From positions 4,692-68,691 of the forward strand of contig JAFGDN010000026.1 in assembly GCA_016932095.1 (NCBI GenBank): a stretch of DNA of 64,000 nt. The letters run 5' to 3'. The translations under genes were made by a program, and so were the position numbers. Below, piece by piece: positions 1 to 9,562 of the stretch. The notes under the pieces are model-generated. The model worked only from the letters and a program-made list of their open reading frames with translations. It searched no databases and was not told the DNA's origin. Numbering within the stretch: position 1 is the first letter of the stretch; the number at the start of each line of letters is the position of its first letter. Source of the stretch: Sedimentisphaerales bacterium. Its GTDB lineage: Bacteria; Planctomycetota; Phycisphaerae; Sedimentisphaerales; Anaerobacaceae.

Positions 1-388
1 AGGCGTGAAGGAAGTCAATGGTCGCCGCGACATCGCCGAGCTTGGACCTGGTGGAGCGCCGCATAGGGAGCTTACCTAAGAATTCCCAGCGTTTATCTCT
101 CGGCTCCTTAGCCGGCTCGTCTTCGAGGTTGAATCGCGTCCAGAAGCTGGCCTGCTCGGCGCCGTAATTGAAATTTGTCGGCTCATAGAGTGTTGCGTAA
201 TCGTGATTGCCTAAGACGCACCATTTTGTTTTCTCGATAACAAGGTCGAGACACTCGCGAGGGTTAGGCCCGTAGCCGATGACGTCGCCGAGACAGTAAA
301 TCGTCTTTATCCCGCGGTTTTCGATGTCCGCAAGGACCGCCGTCAACGCCTCGATATTCGAATGTATATCGCTGATAATCGCAAACAT
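1..388 (-). CDS. Calcineurin-like metallophosphoesterase; C-terminus cut by the window edge
   Basis: Hand translation from ATG at 388 (minus): MFAIISDIHSNIEALTAVLADIENRGIKTIYCLGDVIGYGPNPRECLDLVIEKTKWCVLGNHDYATLYE... It carries the DxH, GD and GNHD metallophosphatase motifs. The frame is open to position 1. Confidence 0.6.
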   Translation of the reverse strand, partial: MFAIISDIHSNIEALTAVLADIENRGIKTIYCLGDVIGYGPNPRECLDLVIEKTKWCVLGNHDYATLYEPTNFNYGAEQASFWTRFNLEDEPAKEPRDKRWEFLGKLPMRRSTRSKLGDVAATIDFLHA

Positions 389-494
389 AACTTTAACCTT
401 ACTATACCCGTGTAAATAGAATGCCGCAAAACGAAATGATACTTAATATCAGAAAAAACGTGAAAATGCCAGAGGATTTGTTATCCTGTCGGCT

Positions 495-1229
495 ATGAAT
501 TTGCTTGAGACACAGGAATTAGTGAAAAAGTATTCAGGCAGGGCCGTCGTCAACGGGGTATCGGTCACAATATCGCAGCGCAGCATCGTCGGCCTTCTCG
601 GCCGAAACGGCGCGGGCAAAACCACTACGTTCCGGATGATTATGGGAATGATAATCCCATCGGCCGGGAAGGTCGTTTTCGACGGGAACGATATCACGGA
701 TTTGCCTATGTATAAAAGGGCCCGGCTGGGTATCGGCTACCTCTCACAGGAGCCGAGCATTTTCCAGCGGCTCAGCGTCCGCGATAATCTTTACGCGATT
801 TTAGAAACGATGGCGATTACCTATAAAGAACGAAACGAACGCGTCGATGAGCTGATTGAACGCTTCAAGCTGACCGAGGTTGCGGCCAGCCAGGGCAGGT
901 TCCTCTCGGGCGGCGAGCGGAGAAAGCTCGAAATTGCCCGCGCTATGGTAACAGAGCCGTCGCTGATTTTGCTGGATGAGCCGTTCAGCGGCGTTGACCC
1001 GATTACCGTTCAGGATTTGCAAAAAGACATTCGCCACCTCGTCGCCTCAGGCGTGAGCATACTCATTACCGACCATAACGTTGAACGGACGCTTGAGGTC
1101 GTGGATAAGGCCTATATAATCGACCACGGCAAGGTTTTGGCTGAAGGCACGCCTGCCCAGATTATCCAGAACGAAATCGTCAAAAAGGCCTACTTAGGCA
1201 ATACCTTCGAGGGCGACGAATATGACTGA
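495..1229 (+). CDS. lptB: LPS export ABC transporter ATP-binding protein
   Basis: Walker A GRNGAGKTT, signature LSGGERRKLEIARA, Walker B LILLDEPFSGVDP, H-loop ITDHN. Length (244 aa) and N-terminal pattern are typical of LptB. Confidence 0.85.
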   Translation: MNLLETQELVKKYSGRAVVNGVSVTISQRSIVGLLGRNGAGKTTTFRMIMGMIIPSAGKVVFDGNDITDLPMYKRARLGIGYLSQEPSIFQRLSVRDNLYAILETMAITYKERNERVDELIERFKLTEVAASQGRFLSGGERRKLEIARAMVTEPSLILLDEPFSGVDPITVQDLQKDIRHLVASGVSILITDHNVERTLEVVDKAYIIDHGKVLAEGTPAQIIQNEIVKKAYLGNTFEGDEYD

Positions 1230-1749
1230 TATCGACGTTGACAAATGCCATATCACGCATTACCCGGCAAATGTCCTTACTGGACCTGCGCAGCCGGTGG
1301 AGAAAATCGACGAGACCGTCCGTCGGCTGGTTGCGAAAATGACCGACCTTATGATTGAGCATAAAGGCGTAGGTTTTGCCGCGCCGCAGGCGGGAGTGCC
1401 GCTGCGTTTATTTATCATTTCATTGGACGGCACAAAGGAAAAAGTCAGGGTTTATATCAACCCGGTTGTAAAGCCCGAGGGAAACCTCGTTCAAAATGAG
1501 GAGGGGTGTCTGTCTGTGCCGGGCGTATATGCGAAAATCAAGAGGTTCGGAAAAGCTACCGTAACCGCCACAGACCTTGAGGGAAAAAGCTTTACCGAGC
1601 AGGCCGACGGCCTTTACGCCCGCGCCCTGCAGCACGAATTTGACCACATCGAAGGCGTCACAATTGTTAATCGTATGCCGACAGTTGCCCGTATCGCTTA
1701 CCGAAAGCAGTTGAAAAAACTCGAAGAAGAGCAGATTGAAAATGGATGA
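1222..1749 (+). CDS. def: Peptide deformylase
   Basis: All three deformylase motifs are present: GVGFAAPQ, EGCLSVPG and QHEFDHIEG. The start overlaps the lptB stop by 8 nt. Confidence 0.9.
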   Translation: MTDIDVDKCHITHYPANVLTGPAQPVEKIDETVRRLVAKMTDLMIEHKGVGFAAPQAGVPLRLFIISLDGTKEKVRVYINPVVKPEGNLVQNEEGCLSVPGVYAKIKRFGKATVTATDLEGKSFTEQADGLYARALQHEFDHIEGVTIVNRMPTVARIAYRKQLKKLEEEQIENG

Positions 1750-1795
1750 AATAGTTAATATAGGATTTGCATAGTTTGAGAACCGCTACGAAAAA

Positions 1796-3055
1796 ATGGA
1801 AAGCCAAAGTATAATTCAGGAACATCTTGGAAAATTTAGATTCGGGGATAGCGTATGTCTTTTTGGAGATAATTCCCAAAAGACAAATATCGAATATGCC
1901 GAGGTGAGTAGTTGTTCTATACAAAAATTTACAAATGAATTTTGGACTTCCAAGCAGCGACAAGCAGATAGTTTACATGAAATTTCTTATCGCGCCTGTT
2001 TCAAGCCGCAGCTTCCCAGGTTTTTTATTGAGTTGTTGACTAAAGAACAGGATGTTGTTTATGACCCATTTTCTGGCAGAGGTACTACGTGCATTGAGGC
2101 TGGTTTATTGAATAGGAATGTAATTGCTAATGATATAAATCCCTTAAGTAAGATTCTTAGCGAACCAAGGTTTTTTATACCGGACATCGAAACATTAAAG
2201 AACCGCTTGTATTCTATTCCATTTACAGAGAAAGCAAACTCAACCATAGATTTATCAATGTTTTATCACTCTGAAACCGAAGCAGAGGTTTTGTCTCTTC
2301 GGAAATACTTGGAACAGAGGAGGCAAATCGGAAAAGAAGATGAATTAGACCATTGGATTAGAATGGTAGCAACAAACAGGCTTACAGGGCACTCCTCCGG
2401 TTTTTTCTCTGTATATACACTGCCGCCTAATCAGGCTGTATCTCAAGAAAGTCAGAAAAAGATTAACGAAAAAAGAAGACAGGCGCCAGAATATAGGAAC
2501 ACTAAAGAGATAATCCTCAAGAAAAGCGAATCATTGATAAGAGACATTTCAGACAAGAAGGTCATACGGCTTCGAAAAATTGGGGAAAACTCATTATTTT
2601 TAATGAAGGATGCACGCTTTACACCTGAGATTGAGTCTGGTTGTGTTCAGCTTACAGTTACTTCGCCGCCGTTTTTAGACGTAGTTCAATACGATGAAGA
2701 TAATTGGTTGAGGTGCTGGTTCAATTCAATCAATGCAGAGGAGATCGCTTCGAAAATAACAATGACCAAGAAAGTGGAAGATTGGTGCGGAGTTATGAGT
2801 AAGGTATTTGAGGAGCTTTATAGAATTACCAAAAACGGTGGTTACGTCGCTTTTGAGGTCGGAGAAGTTAAAGGGGGTGAACTAAAACTTGAAGAATATG
2901 TGGTGCCTTTAGGATTAACTGCCGGTTTTTCCTGCGAAGGAATTATGATTAATCAGCAGGCGTTCACAAAAACAGCGAATATTTGGGGTGTTTCAAACAA
3001 CGAAAAGGGCACTAATACAAATCGTATAGTAATTTTTAGAAAATCATTGATATGA
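1796..3055 (+). CDS. Type II DNA methyltransferase (N4-C or N6-A class; SPPF catalytic motif)
   Basis: AdoMet-binding block VVYDPFSGRGTTCIEA near residue 90 and catalytic block LTVTSPPFLDVV near residue 290. The gene is A+T-rich by eye compared with def and fmt. Confidence 0.75.
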   Translation: MESQSIIQEHLGKFRFGDSVCLFGDNSQKTNIEYAEVSSCSIQKFTNEFWTSKQRQADSLHEISYRACFKPQLPRFFIELLTKEQDVVYDPFSGRGTTCIEAGLLNRNVIANDINPLSKILSEPRFFIPDIETLKNRLYSIPFTEKANSTIDLSMFYHSETEAEVLSLRKYLEQRRQIGKEDELDHWIRMVATNRLTGHSSGFFSVYTLPPNQAVSQESQKKINEKRRQAPEYRNTKEIILKKSESLIRDISDKKVIRLRKIGENSLFLMKDARFTPEIESGCVQLTVTSPPFLDVVQYDEDNWLRCWFNSINAEEIASKITMTKKVEDWCGVMSKVFEELYRITKNGGYVAFEVGEVKGGELKLEEYVVPLGLTAGFSCEGIMINQQAFTKTANIWGVSNNEKGTNTNRIVIFRKSLI

Positions 3056-3711
3056 ATGAGCAATATACGAAGAAATTAGAATCGGTGATAAAACAGATGT
3101 TATGCCCCTTGAGAGGCGTACCGTTTAAACTTGTTATCGAAAGCATTTCTGAACACAAAATCATCTCGTTTGACAAGAACGACAAAAGAGATATGCAAGT
3201 TTTAAGTAAACTGAAAGAAGTTGCACAAATAGCGGGGAATGCCGTTAATAAGAAGGGAATATTTCGGCCACGCTCAAATGAAGTGGGTAATGATATTGAA
3301 CCATTTGTAAAAGCCGCTCTTGATAAAATCGGGTACAATGCTTACACGCCTCAGTCAAAAAGCGGAAAAGCAAAATCAGCAGGTTATCCGGATATTGAGT
3401 TTTTAGACGAATTTGGCAGGGCTAATTACCTTGAGTGCAAGACATTCAATATTAAAAATATTGGAACGACTCAAAGATCGTTTTATCTATCACCATCAAG
3501 TGAGTTCAAAATTACAAAAGATGCACATCATTTTATGATATCATTTGAAATGTTTGTCAAAAGTACCAAAGGAAATAATCGAATTTACAATTGCAAAAGC
3601 TGGAAGATTTTGACGCTTGAGGATATGGAAGTCGACGTTAAGTACGAGTTCAATTCCGATAATGTAAGAATGTATGCGGGCAGTGCTATTCTTGCAGAAG
3701 GGACATTGTGA
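3052..3711 (+). CDS. Candidate restriction endonuclease (PD-(D/E)xK-like), partner of the methyltransferase
   Basis: Its ATG overlaps the methyltransferase TGA (ATGA). GYPDIEFLDEFGRANYLECK fits PD...(D/E)xK spacing. It is A+T-rich and matches no family I can name. Confidence 0.5.
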   Translation: MNEQYTKKLESVIKQMLCPLRGVPFKLVIESISEHKIISFDKNDKRDMQVLSKLKEVAQIAGNAVNKKGIFRPRSNEVGNDIEPFVKAALDKIGYNAYTPQSKSGKAKSAGYPDIEFLDEFGRANYLECKTFNIKNIGTTQRSFYLSPSSEFKITKDAHHFMISFEMFVKSTKGNNRIYNCKSWKILTLEDMEVDVKYEFNSDNVRMYAGSAILAEGTL

Positions 3712-3757
3712 ATTTTGCAGGTATCTGCTTAATATTATTTTCAACAACGGTGTCCTG

Positions 3758-4723
3758 ATGAACATTGTTTATTTAGGAAGCGGCCAGTTTGGATTACCGT
3801 CTCTTGATGCAGTTGTGAAATCGAGTCACGAGCTGGTGCTTGTCGTCTCGCAGCCGGTTCAGCCGGCAGGCAGGGGGCGTAAACTGACCCATACCCCGGC
3901 GGCAAACTGGGCGGTCGAACATTCGATTCCCGTTATCGAAACCGACGACGTAAACGCACCTGATATAATCGAGAAAATCAAAAATTGCGCCCTCGACCTC
4001 ATAGTCGTAATCGCCTTTGGCCAGAAAATCGGTAAAGAAGTCGTCGATATTGCCCCAAAAGGCGCAATAAACGTTCACGGCTCGCTTTTACCGAAATATC
4101 GTGGGGCGGCGCCGTTCAACTGGGCGATTGTCAACGGCGAGACCGAAACAGGCATTACAATAATTACTATCGCCGAGAGAATGGACGCAGGCGAGATTGT
4201 CGCGTCAATGAAGACCCCAATCGAGCCGCAGGAGTCAGCCGGCGAGCTTCACGACCGCCTGGCTTTGCTGGCCGGGCCGCTGCTTTTAGAAACCATCAAC
4301 AAAATTGCAGAAGGCACGGCCGTATATAAAAAGCAAAATGAATCCCAGGTTACACGGGCGCCAAAGTTGAAAAAATCCGATGGTTTTTTGGATTTTTCGG
4401 AACCGGCGGAGCTGCTCTACAGGAAAATGCTGGGGTTTTGGCCCTGGCCGGGAACAATCGCCGTTTACAAATCGAAGAAAACCGGACGAACCGAAAGAGT
4501 CATTTTCGCTAAAGCGGAAATTTTGCGAACAACGAATCCTCAAAATCTGCCGCCCGGCACAATCGATGAAAACCTCAACGTCATCTGCGGCCAAAACCGT
4601 CTTCAGATTGTTCGATTGAAGCCCGAAAACTCACGTTTAATGAGTTTTGCTGATTTCGTTCACGGCAGGCACGTTTGTCCGGGGGATGAGTTTGTTAAAA
4701 TAGAGGAAAAGGGCAATATCTGA
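3758..4723 (+). CDS. fmt: Methionyl-tRNA formyltransferase
   Basis: MNIVYLGSGQFGLPSL N-terminus, HGSLLPKYRGAAPFNWAI motif, C-terminal formyltransferase domain. Start taken at the internal ATG 3758, not the track start 3674, which would add a non-homologous extension overlapping the upstream gene. Confidence 0.9.
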   Translation: MNIVYLGSGQFGLPSLDAVVKSSHELVLVVSQPVQPAGRGRKLTHTPAANWAVEHSIPVIETDDVNAPDIIEKIKNCALDLIVVIAFGQKIGKEVVDIAPKGAINVHGSLLPKYRGAAPFNWAIVNGETETGITIITIAERMDAGEIVASMKTPIEPQESAGELHDRLALLAGPLLLETINKIAEGTAVYKKQNESQVTRAPKLKKSDGFLDFSEPAELLYRKMLGFWPWPGTIAVYKSKKTGRTERVIFAKAEILRTTNPQNLPPGTIDENLNVICGQNRLQIVRLKPENSRLMSFADFVHGRHVCPGDEFVKIEEKGNI

Positions 4724-4724
4724 T

Positions 4725-6098
4725 ATGGCTGAAACGGAGCTTCAAAACGTACGAGGAATTGCAGCCAAAATACTTACCGAGACGCGAAAGGACAAGCAAT
4801 TCGCCGCAGAGACGCTGGAACGTTATCCCGAAATTGCCGACAGACCCCGGGCGACCGACCTTATATTCGGCGTAATAAGAAACCGCGGAGTGCTCGATGC
4901 TGTTGTCGAAAAGGTTTCGGGCCTGCAGATTATTCATATACAGGCCAAGCTGCTTAACATTATCCGGGTGGGTGCATACGAATTGATTTTTTGTCCGCAT
5001 ATCCCCGAGCACTCGACGGTTCACCAGTCGGTCGATTACGCCAAGCAAATCACAAACGACAAAAGCGCCGGGTTTGTCAACTGGATTCTTCGCAGCGTGC
5101 AAAAACATATAATCAGCCGTCAGAGACCTCTGATAGAGATAAATCCGCGTAAAATCATACCGCAGACGCCTGAATTCGGCTGTGAATTCGACATTGAACT
5201 GCTGCCTGATGGAGACGCCTCGATTAAGGATTACCTCAGCGTTGCTTTCTCGCTGCCCGTTTGGCTGATAGAAAGCTGGCTGGCGGAGTTTGGACCGGAC
5301 CAGACGAGGGATATTTGCCTTGCGAGCAATCGCAGGCCAGGCATTTACGCCAGGCCCAATCCCCTCAAAACAACAGATGAGGCGTTTGCGGCCAATCTGA
5401 AAGCCGGCAGTATTGACAGCCGGATAATCGCGGGGCAGCAAATGGTAAAACTGATAAGCCACAAGGCGATACCTGACCTGCCCGGCTTTGAAGAGGGATT
5501 ATTTACCATTCAGGATTTGTCTGCGGCACAGGTGGTGCGTTTCCTGGATCCTCAGCCGGACTGGTTTATCCTCGACTTATGCGCTGCGCCGGGAACAAAA
5601 ACGACGCAGTTGGCCGAGGCGACAGGCGGCAAGGCAAAAATTATCGCGACGGATATCGATAAGACCCGTCTCGAAATGGTCAAGGAAAATATCAGCCGCC
5701 TGGGGCTGTCCGATTGTATTACCACGATTGAGTATCCTGCCCTCGACGGGTTTTTCGGCAAAGGCGGCTTCGATTGTGTGCTGGTCGATAGCCCCTGCTC
5801 AAATACCGGCGTCCTGGCGCGCAGGCCGGAGGTCCGCCATCGAATTAAGCAAACAGCGATAGCGGAGCTGACAACCATGCAGGCGGGGTTACTTTCAAAA
5901 GCCGCCGGTTTTCTAAAGCCGGGAGGGATAATCTGTTACAGCACCTGTTCGCTTCAGCCCGAGGAAAACGGTCTTGTAATCAGAAGTTTTTTACAGCAAA
6001 ATTCCGCCTTAAAGCTCAAAGCCGAACAACTGATTCTGCCCTCGGCCAAAGCGCCCGACCACGACGGCTCTTACACGGCTGTTATAGTGAAGGGCTGA
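4725..6098 (+). CDS. rsmB: 16S rRNA (cytosine-C5) methyltransferase RsmB/Sun
   Basis: NusB-like N-terminal region, SAM motif DLCAAPGTKT, catalytic cysteines in DSPCSNTGV and YSTCSLQPEENG. The position after fmt matches the conserved def-fmt-rsmB order. Confidence 0.85.
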   Translation: MAETELQNVRGIAAKILTETRKDKQFAAETLERYPEIADRPRATDLIFGVIRNRGVLDAVVEKVSGLQIIHIQAKLLNIIRVGAYELIFCPHIPEHSTVHQSVDYAKQITNDKSAGFVNWILRSVQKHIISRQRPLIEINPRKIIPQTPEFGCEFDIELLPDGDASIKDYLSVAFSLPVWLIESWLAEFGPDQTRDICLASNRRPGIYARPNPLKTTDEAFAANLKAGSIDSRIIAGQQMVKLISHKAIPDLPGFEEGLFTIQDLSAAQVVRFLDPQPDWFILDLCAAPGTKTTQLAEATGGKAKIIATDIDKTRLEMVKENISRLGLSDCITTIEYPALDGFFGKGGFDCVLVDSPCSNTGVLARRPEVRHRIKQTAIAELTTMQAGLLSKAAGFLKPGGIICYSTCSLQPEENGLVIRSFLQQNSALKLKAEQLILPSAKAPDHDGSYTAVIVKG

Positions 6099-6217
6099 CA
6101 GATTAACTATTTTTTACAGGATTACTCTTGACGAGGTTTGAGCAAATTGTTAAGTGAGTATCAGACCGGCGGGGTTGCCGGCTGTTAATAGTTAGTTGAA
6201 AATGAAAGGAATCAATT

Positions 6218-7036
6218 ATGGCCAGGTTAGTTCTTATCACGTTGATTATTGTTTCAGTTTGTGCGCTCGCCGGCTGCAACGGCGTCGATACCGGCAGGGC
6301 GCAAATTGTGCCGTCCTCCGTGTCAACCATTTCGGGCCCTGCGGTCGATATAACCAAAACGACCGAAGCGGACTTGTCTGAAAACATCGCCACCAGCCGG
6401 CAGTCCTACAGGCGGGGGCTGGAGGTACTGATTCAGCATTACACAAGGACCGGAAACAATATGAAGCTGGGCTGGGCGGAAAAGGAGCTTGCTGCGCTCG
6501 ACGCGATTCCACAGTATAATTACGTCGTCGAGGCGACAATCGCAGGCCCAAATCTCAAGGCAACCAAGTCAGTAAGCGAGGCCGATTACCTGTTTAACGA
6601 CGCGGTCCGGCTCGAGGAGCAGGCGGGACAGTTTTTGGTCGTTAAGGACGATAACCTCCTTCGACTCGCCCTCGATAAATATAACCAGTTGATTGGCAAG
6701 TTCCCGGCTTCCGACAAAATCGACGACGCCGCCTTCAGGGCGGCTGGAATCTACGAGCACTTCAAGGATTACACCATCGCCGTATTGTATTACCAAAGGG
6801 CGTACCAGTGGGACCCGCAGACGATATACCCCGCCAGGTTCAAAGCGGCTTTTGTTCTCGACTACAAGCTGAAAAGAAGGGCCGAGGCCCTGCAACTGTA
6901 TCAGGAGGCGCTGCGAGATACGGCCCCCGGCCAGCACTGGCGATGGCGACAGACCGCTGAACAGCGGGTCAAGGAGCTGACCGGCGAGGTCAAGCCGGAA
7001 GAGCTTCCGCAGGAGCCATTGAAACAGTATAAGTAG
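6218..7036 (+). CDS. Lipoprotein with TPR/BamD-YbgF-like helical repeats (tentative)
   Basis: Signal peptide with lipobox (VCALAGC). The helical-repeat-like body includes YYQRAYQWDP and ALQLYQEAL. Confidence 0.5.
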   Translation: MARLVLITLIIVSVCALAGCNGVDTGRAQIVPSSVSTISGPAVDITKTTEADLSENIATSRQSYRRGLEVLIQHYTRTGNNMKLGWAEKELAALDAIPQYNYVVEATIAGPNLKATKSVSEADYLFNDAVRLEEQAGQFLVVKDDNLLRLALDKYNQLIGKFPASDKIDDAAFRAAGIYEHFKDYTIAVLYYQRAYQWDPQTIYPARFKAAFVLDYKLKRRAEALQLYQEALRDTAPGQHWRWRQTAEQRVKELTGEVKPEELPQEPLKQYK

Positions 7037-7040
7037 AGAT

Positions 7041-8453
7041 TTGAGGCAGCTCGAACAAAAGGTATTGAATTTTATCTCAGCGGAAGGGCTTATCCGGCCG
7101 AGAGATGTGGTATTGCTCGCCTGTTCAGGCGGCGCTGACTCGACCGCGTTACTGCATATTATTATTTCGTTTAAAAAAAAAGGTCGATTCCCCGTTGGGA
7201 TTTTCTGCGCCCATATCAACCACCGGTTGAGAGGAAAAGAAGCGCGGCGCGACGAGGATTTTGTCATCGAGCAGTGTCGTAAGCTCGGCCTGCGCGTGGT
7301 TACACGAAAAATCAACGTGCGGGAATACGCCCAAAAGCATAAGCTGTCGGTTGAGTCGGCGGCAAGAAAGCTGCGAATCGAGGCCCTTATCGGAATAGCA
7401 AAAAAACAAAATTGCACCTGCATCGCGACCGCCCATCAGAAAAACGATAACGCCGAAACAGTTCTGCAAAGATTGACGCGAGGCACAGGCATTCGCGGAC
7501 TTTGCGGCATCTGGCCCGATAAACAATTTTCACCGGACATCAGGTTTATAAGACCGCTTTTATGCGTCAGCCGCACGGAGCTCTTGAAATACCTTAAAGG
7601 ACGAAAAATAAAATGGTGCGAAGACCGGACAAACCTCGATTGTTCCTATCGGCGTAATTTTATCCGCAATCGCCTGCTGCCCTGTCTGCAAAAGCGATTC
7701 AAAACCGATTTAGTCGAACAGATTGCCGGATTGTCAAAGTCGGCCCGCGGCTTTAATCGGCTCGTTTCGTCAGCCGCCGACGCCGTCTGGACAAAAGCAG
7801 CAACTGCTGAAACAGAAACTATTTCGCTGGATTTAGATGTCCTCAAAAAGCTTCATCCTGAAGTCCAAATCGAGCTTTTTCGCCGGACGTTGAATCATCT
7901 CGAATGCGGCGAGCAGGATATTACGGAACGCCATTACACGGACGTCTTGCGGTTGTCACAAGGTGCAAAGCTGCAATTGCCTAATTTCATAGAAGCGCAT
8001 CGGCAGGGGGGGGTAATCATTTTTTCTCGTCCATGTGTTTATAAATACGGGGCGAGGGTTGCCCCGCCGAAATGGTTAAAAATTCCTGGCCGGACGGTTT
8101 TTGCCGGCGTTCGCATCGAGGCCGAAGTATTCGATTATGATTCAGCGAACTTCGGAAAGTTCAAGGCAAACAAAAGCAATACTGTCGAATGGCTTGACTA
8201 CGACAAGCTGAAATTGCCGTTGAAAGTGCGGTTTAGAAAACCCGGCGACCGATTTTGGCCTCTCGGTCTGAAGGCGGAGAAAAAAATCGGCAAGTTTTTA
8301 ACGAACGCTAAGATACCGAACGAATTGCGTCAAAAACTGCTTATTGTCGAGGACTCCGAAAAAGTCATCTGGCTATCACCGGTCAGAATCAGCGAGCGAG
8401 TTAAGGTAACGAATCGAACGAAAAGGATTTTACAGTTGAGAGTTTTTTCCTGA
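7041..8453 (+). CDS. tilS: tRNA(Ile)-lysidine synthase
   Basis: PP-loop LLACSGGADSTALL, HINHRLRG motif, length about 470 aa. TTG start as given by the ORF track. Confidence 0.85.
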   Translation: MRQLEQKVLNFISAEGLIRPRDVVLLACSGGADSTALLHIIISFKKKGRFPVGIFCAHINHRLRGKEARRDEDFVIEQCRKLGLRVVTRKINVREYAQKHKLSVESAARKLRIEALIGIAKKQNCTCIATAHQKNDNAETVLQRLTRGTGIRGLCGIWPDKQFSPDIRFIRPLLCVSRTELLKYLKGRKIKWCEDRTNLDCSYRRNFIRNRLLPCLQKRFKTDLVEQIAGLSKSARGFNRLVSSAADAVWTKAATAETETISLDLDVLKKLHPEVQIELFRRTLNHLECGEQDITERHYTDVLRLSQGAKLQLPNFIEAHRQGGVIIFSRPCVYKYGARVAPPKWLKIPGRTVFAGVRIEAEVFDYDSANFGKFKANKSNTVEWLDYDKLKLPLKVRFRKPGDRFWPLGLKAEKKIGKFLTNAKIPNELRQKLLIVEDSEKVIWLSPVRISERVKVTNRTKRILQLRVFS

Positions 8454-8462
8454 CCGGCAAAA

Positions 8463-9542
8463 CTACTGTTCCGGCGGGTCAAATAGCTCAGATTGTTCCG
8501 TTGCCTTTTTCTTGTGATATTTCAGACCCAGGTGTCTGCAGGCGTCGCTGGTTATTTCCCTGCCGCGTTTGGTTCGTCGCACGAAGCCGATTTGCAGCAG
8601 ATACGGCTCAACCACGTCTTCTAAGGTGTCCGTCTCTTCGCCTAATGTAGCCGCGATTGCCTCGATACCCGCAGGCCCTCCCTCATAAACGCCCGCAAGC
8701 GCCCGCAAAAACGAGCGGTCCATTTCATCGAGACCCAGCCCGTCAATCTGCTCCATCTTAAGAGCGTTTTCAACAATCGCGGCTGTGAGTTTTCCCTGCC
8801 CCTTTACCTGTGCGTAATCCCGGACTCGTTTTAACAGCCGGTTTGCGATTCGGGGCGTGCCGCGCGAGCGGGTAGCGATAAGCTCTAAAGTGCCGTCCTG
8901 GCAGCTTAACTGTAAAAGTTTGGCAGAGCGATTGAGTATTAAACTCAGTTCCTCTGTGTTGTAAAATTCCAGATGATATAACATTCCGAATCTGCTTCTA
9001 AGCGGTGCGCTGAGTAGTCCTGCGCGAGTTGTTGCGCCGATAAGCGTGAAGCGCTTGAGCGGGAAATTGATGGTTTTTGCATGCAGGCCGCTATCGACGG
9101 TGAAATCGACCCTGAACTCCTCCATCGCCGGATACAAAAATTCCTCGACCGGCGTGCTCAGCCGATGGACCTCGTCGATAAAAAGTATGTCGCCCGTGCC
9201 GATATTACTCAAAAGCCCCATCAAGTCGCCCTGTTTTGTTAAGGCCGGTCCCGACGTGCAGCGTATGTTTGCCGCCATCTCGTTAGCGACGACATTTGCC
9301 AAGGTTGTCTTGCCTAAACCGGGCGGGCCGTAAAACAAAATATGCTCCAGCGGCTCACCCCTCTTTTTCGCCGCCTCGATTGCGATTTTGAGCTTGTCGA
9401 TGACCTTCTGCTGGCCGACGCACTCACGCAACTGCTTCGGCCTAAGCGAGACGTTGAAATTTTCCTCCGCCTCGTTTTTCGACTCGCCTGTTATAACCCT
9501 GTCGATTGCCATTTCTTTCTTCTGTGTTCCCAGGGCAATCAC
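8463..9542 (-). CDS. ruvB: Holliday junction ATP-dependent DNA helicase RuvB
   Basis: Walker A GPPGLGKTT, Walker B FIDEVHRL, RuvB C-terminal winged helix. The start may instead be the internal ATG at 9512 (MAIDRV...). Confidence 0.95.
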   Translation of the reverse strand: MIALGTQKKEMAIDRVITGESKNEAEENFNVSLRPKQLRECVGQQKVIDKLKIAIEAAKKRGEPLEHILFYGPPGLGKTTLANVVANEMAANIRCTSGPALTKQGDLMGLLSNIGTGDILFIDEVHRLSTPVEEFLYPAMEEFRVDFTVDSGLHAKTINFPLKRFTLIGATTRAGLLSAPLRSRFGMLYHLEFYNTEELSLILNRSAKLLQLSCQDGTLELIATRSRGTPRIANRLLKRVRDYAQVKGQGKLTAAIVENALKMEQIDGLGLDEMDRSFLRALAGVYEGGPAGIEAIAATLGEETDTLEDVVEPYLLQIGFVRRTKRGREITSDACRHLGLKYHKKKATEQSELFDPPEQ

Positions 9543-9562
9543 ATAGGATTGCCCCTACATTC

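Noticed and set aside
3674-3757. 28-codon upstream extension of fmt given by the ORF track
   Set aside because: The extension overlaps the nuclease gene and has no similarity to Fmt N-termini. The canonical MNIVYLGSG start is at 3758.
4695-5462. 255-aa minus-strand ORF
   Set aside because: It is fully antisense to rsmB, which has clear SAM and Cys motifs. Its composition looks like shadow-frame noise (Arg/Leu/Pro-rich).
6569-7423. 284-aa minus-strand ORF
   Set aside because: It is antisense to the lipoprotein gene and the tilS 5' end. It has no motifs and is a typical shadow ORF of a G+C-rich coding region.
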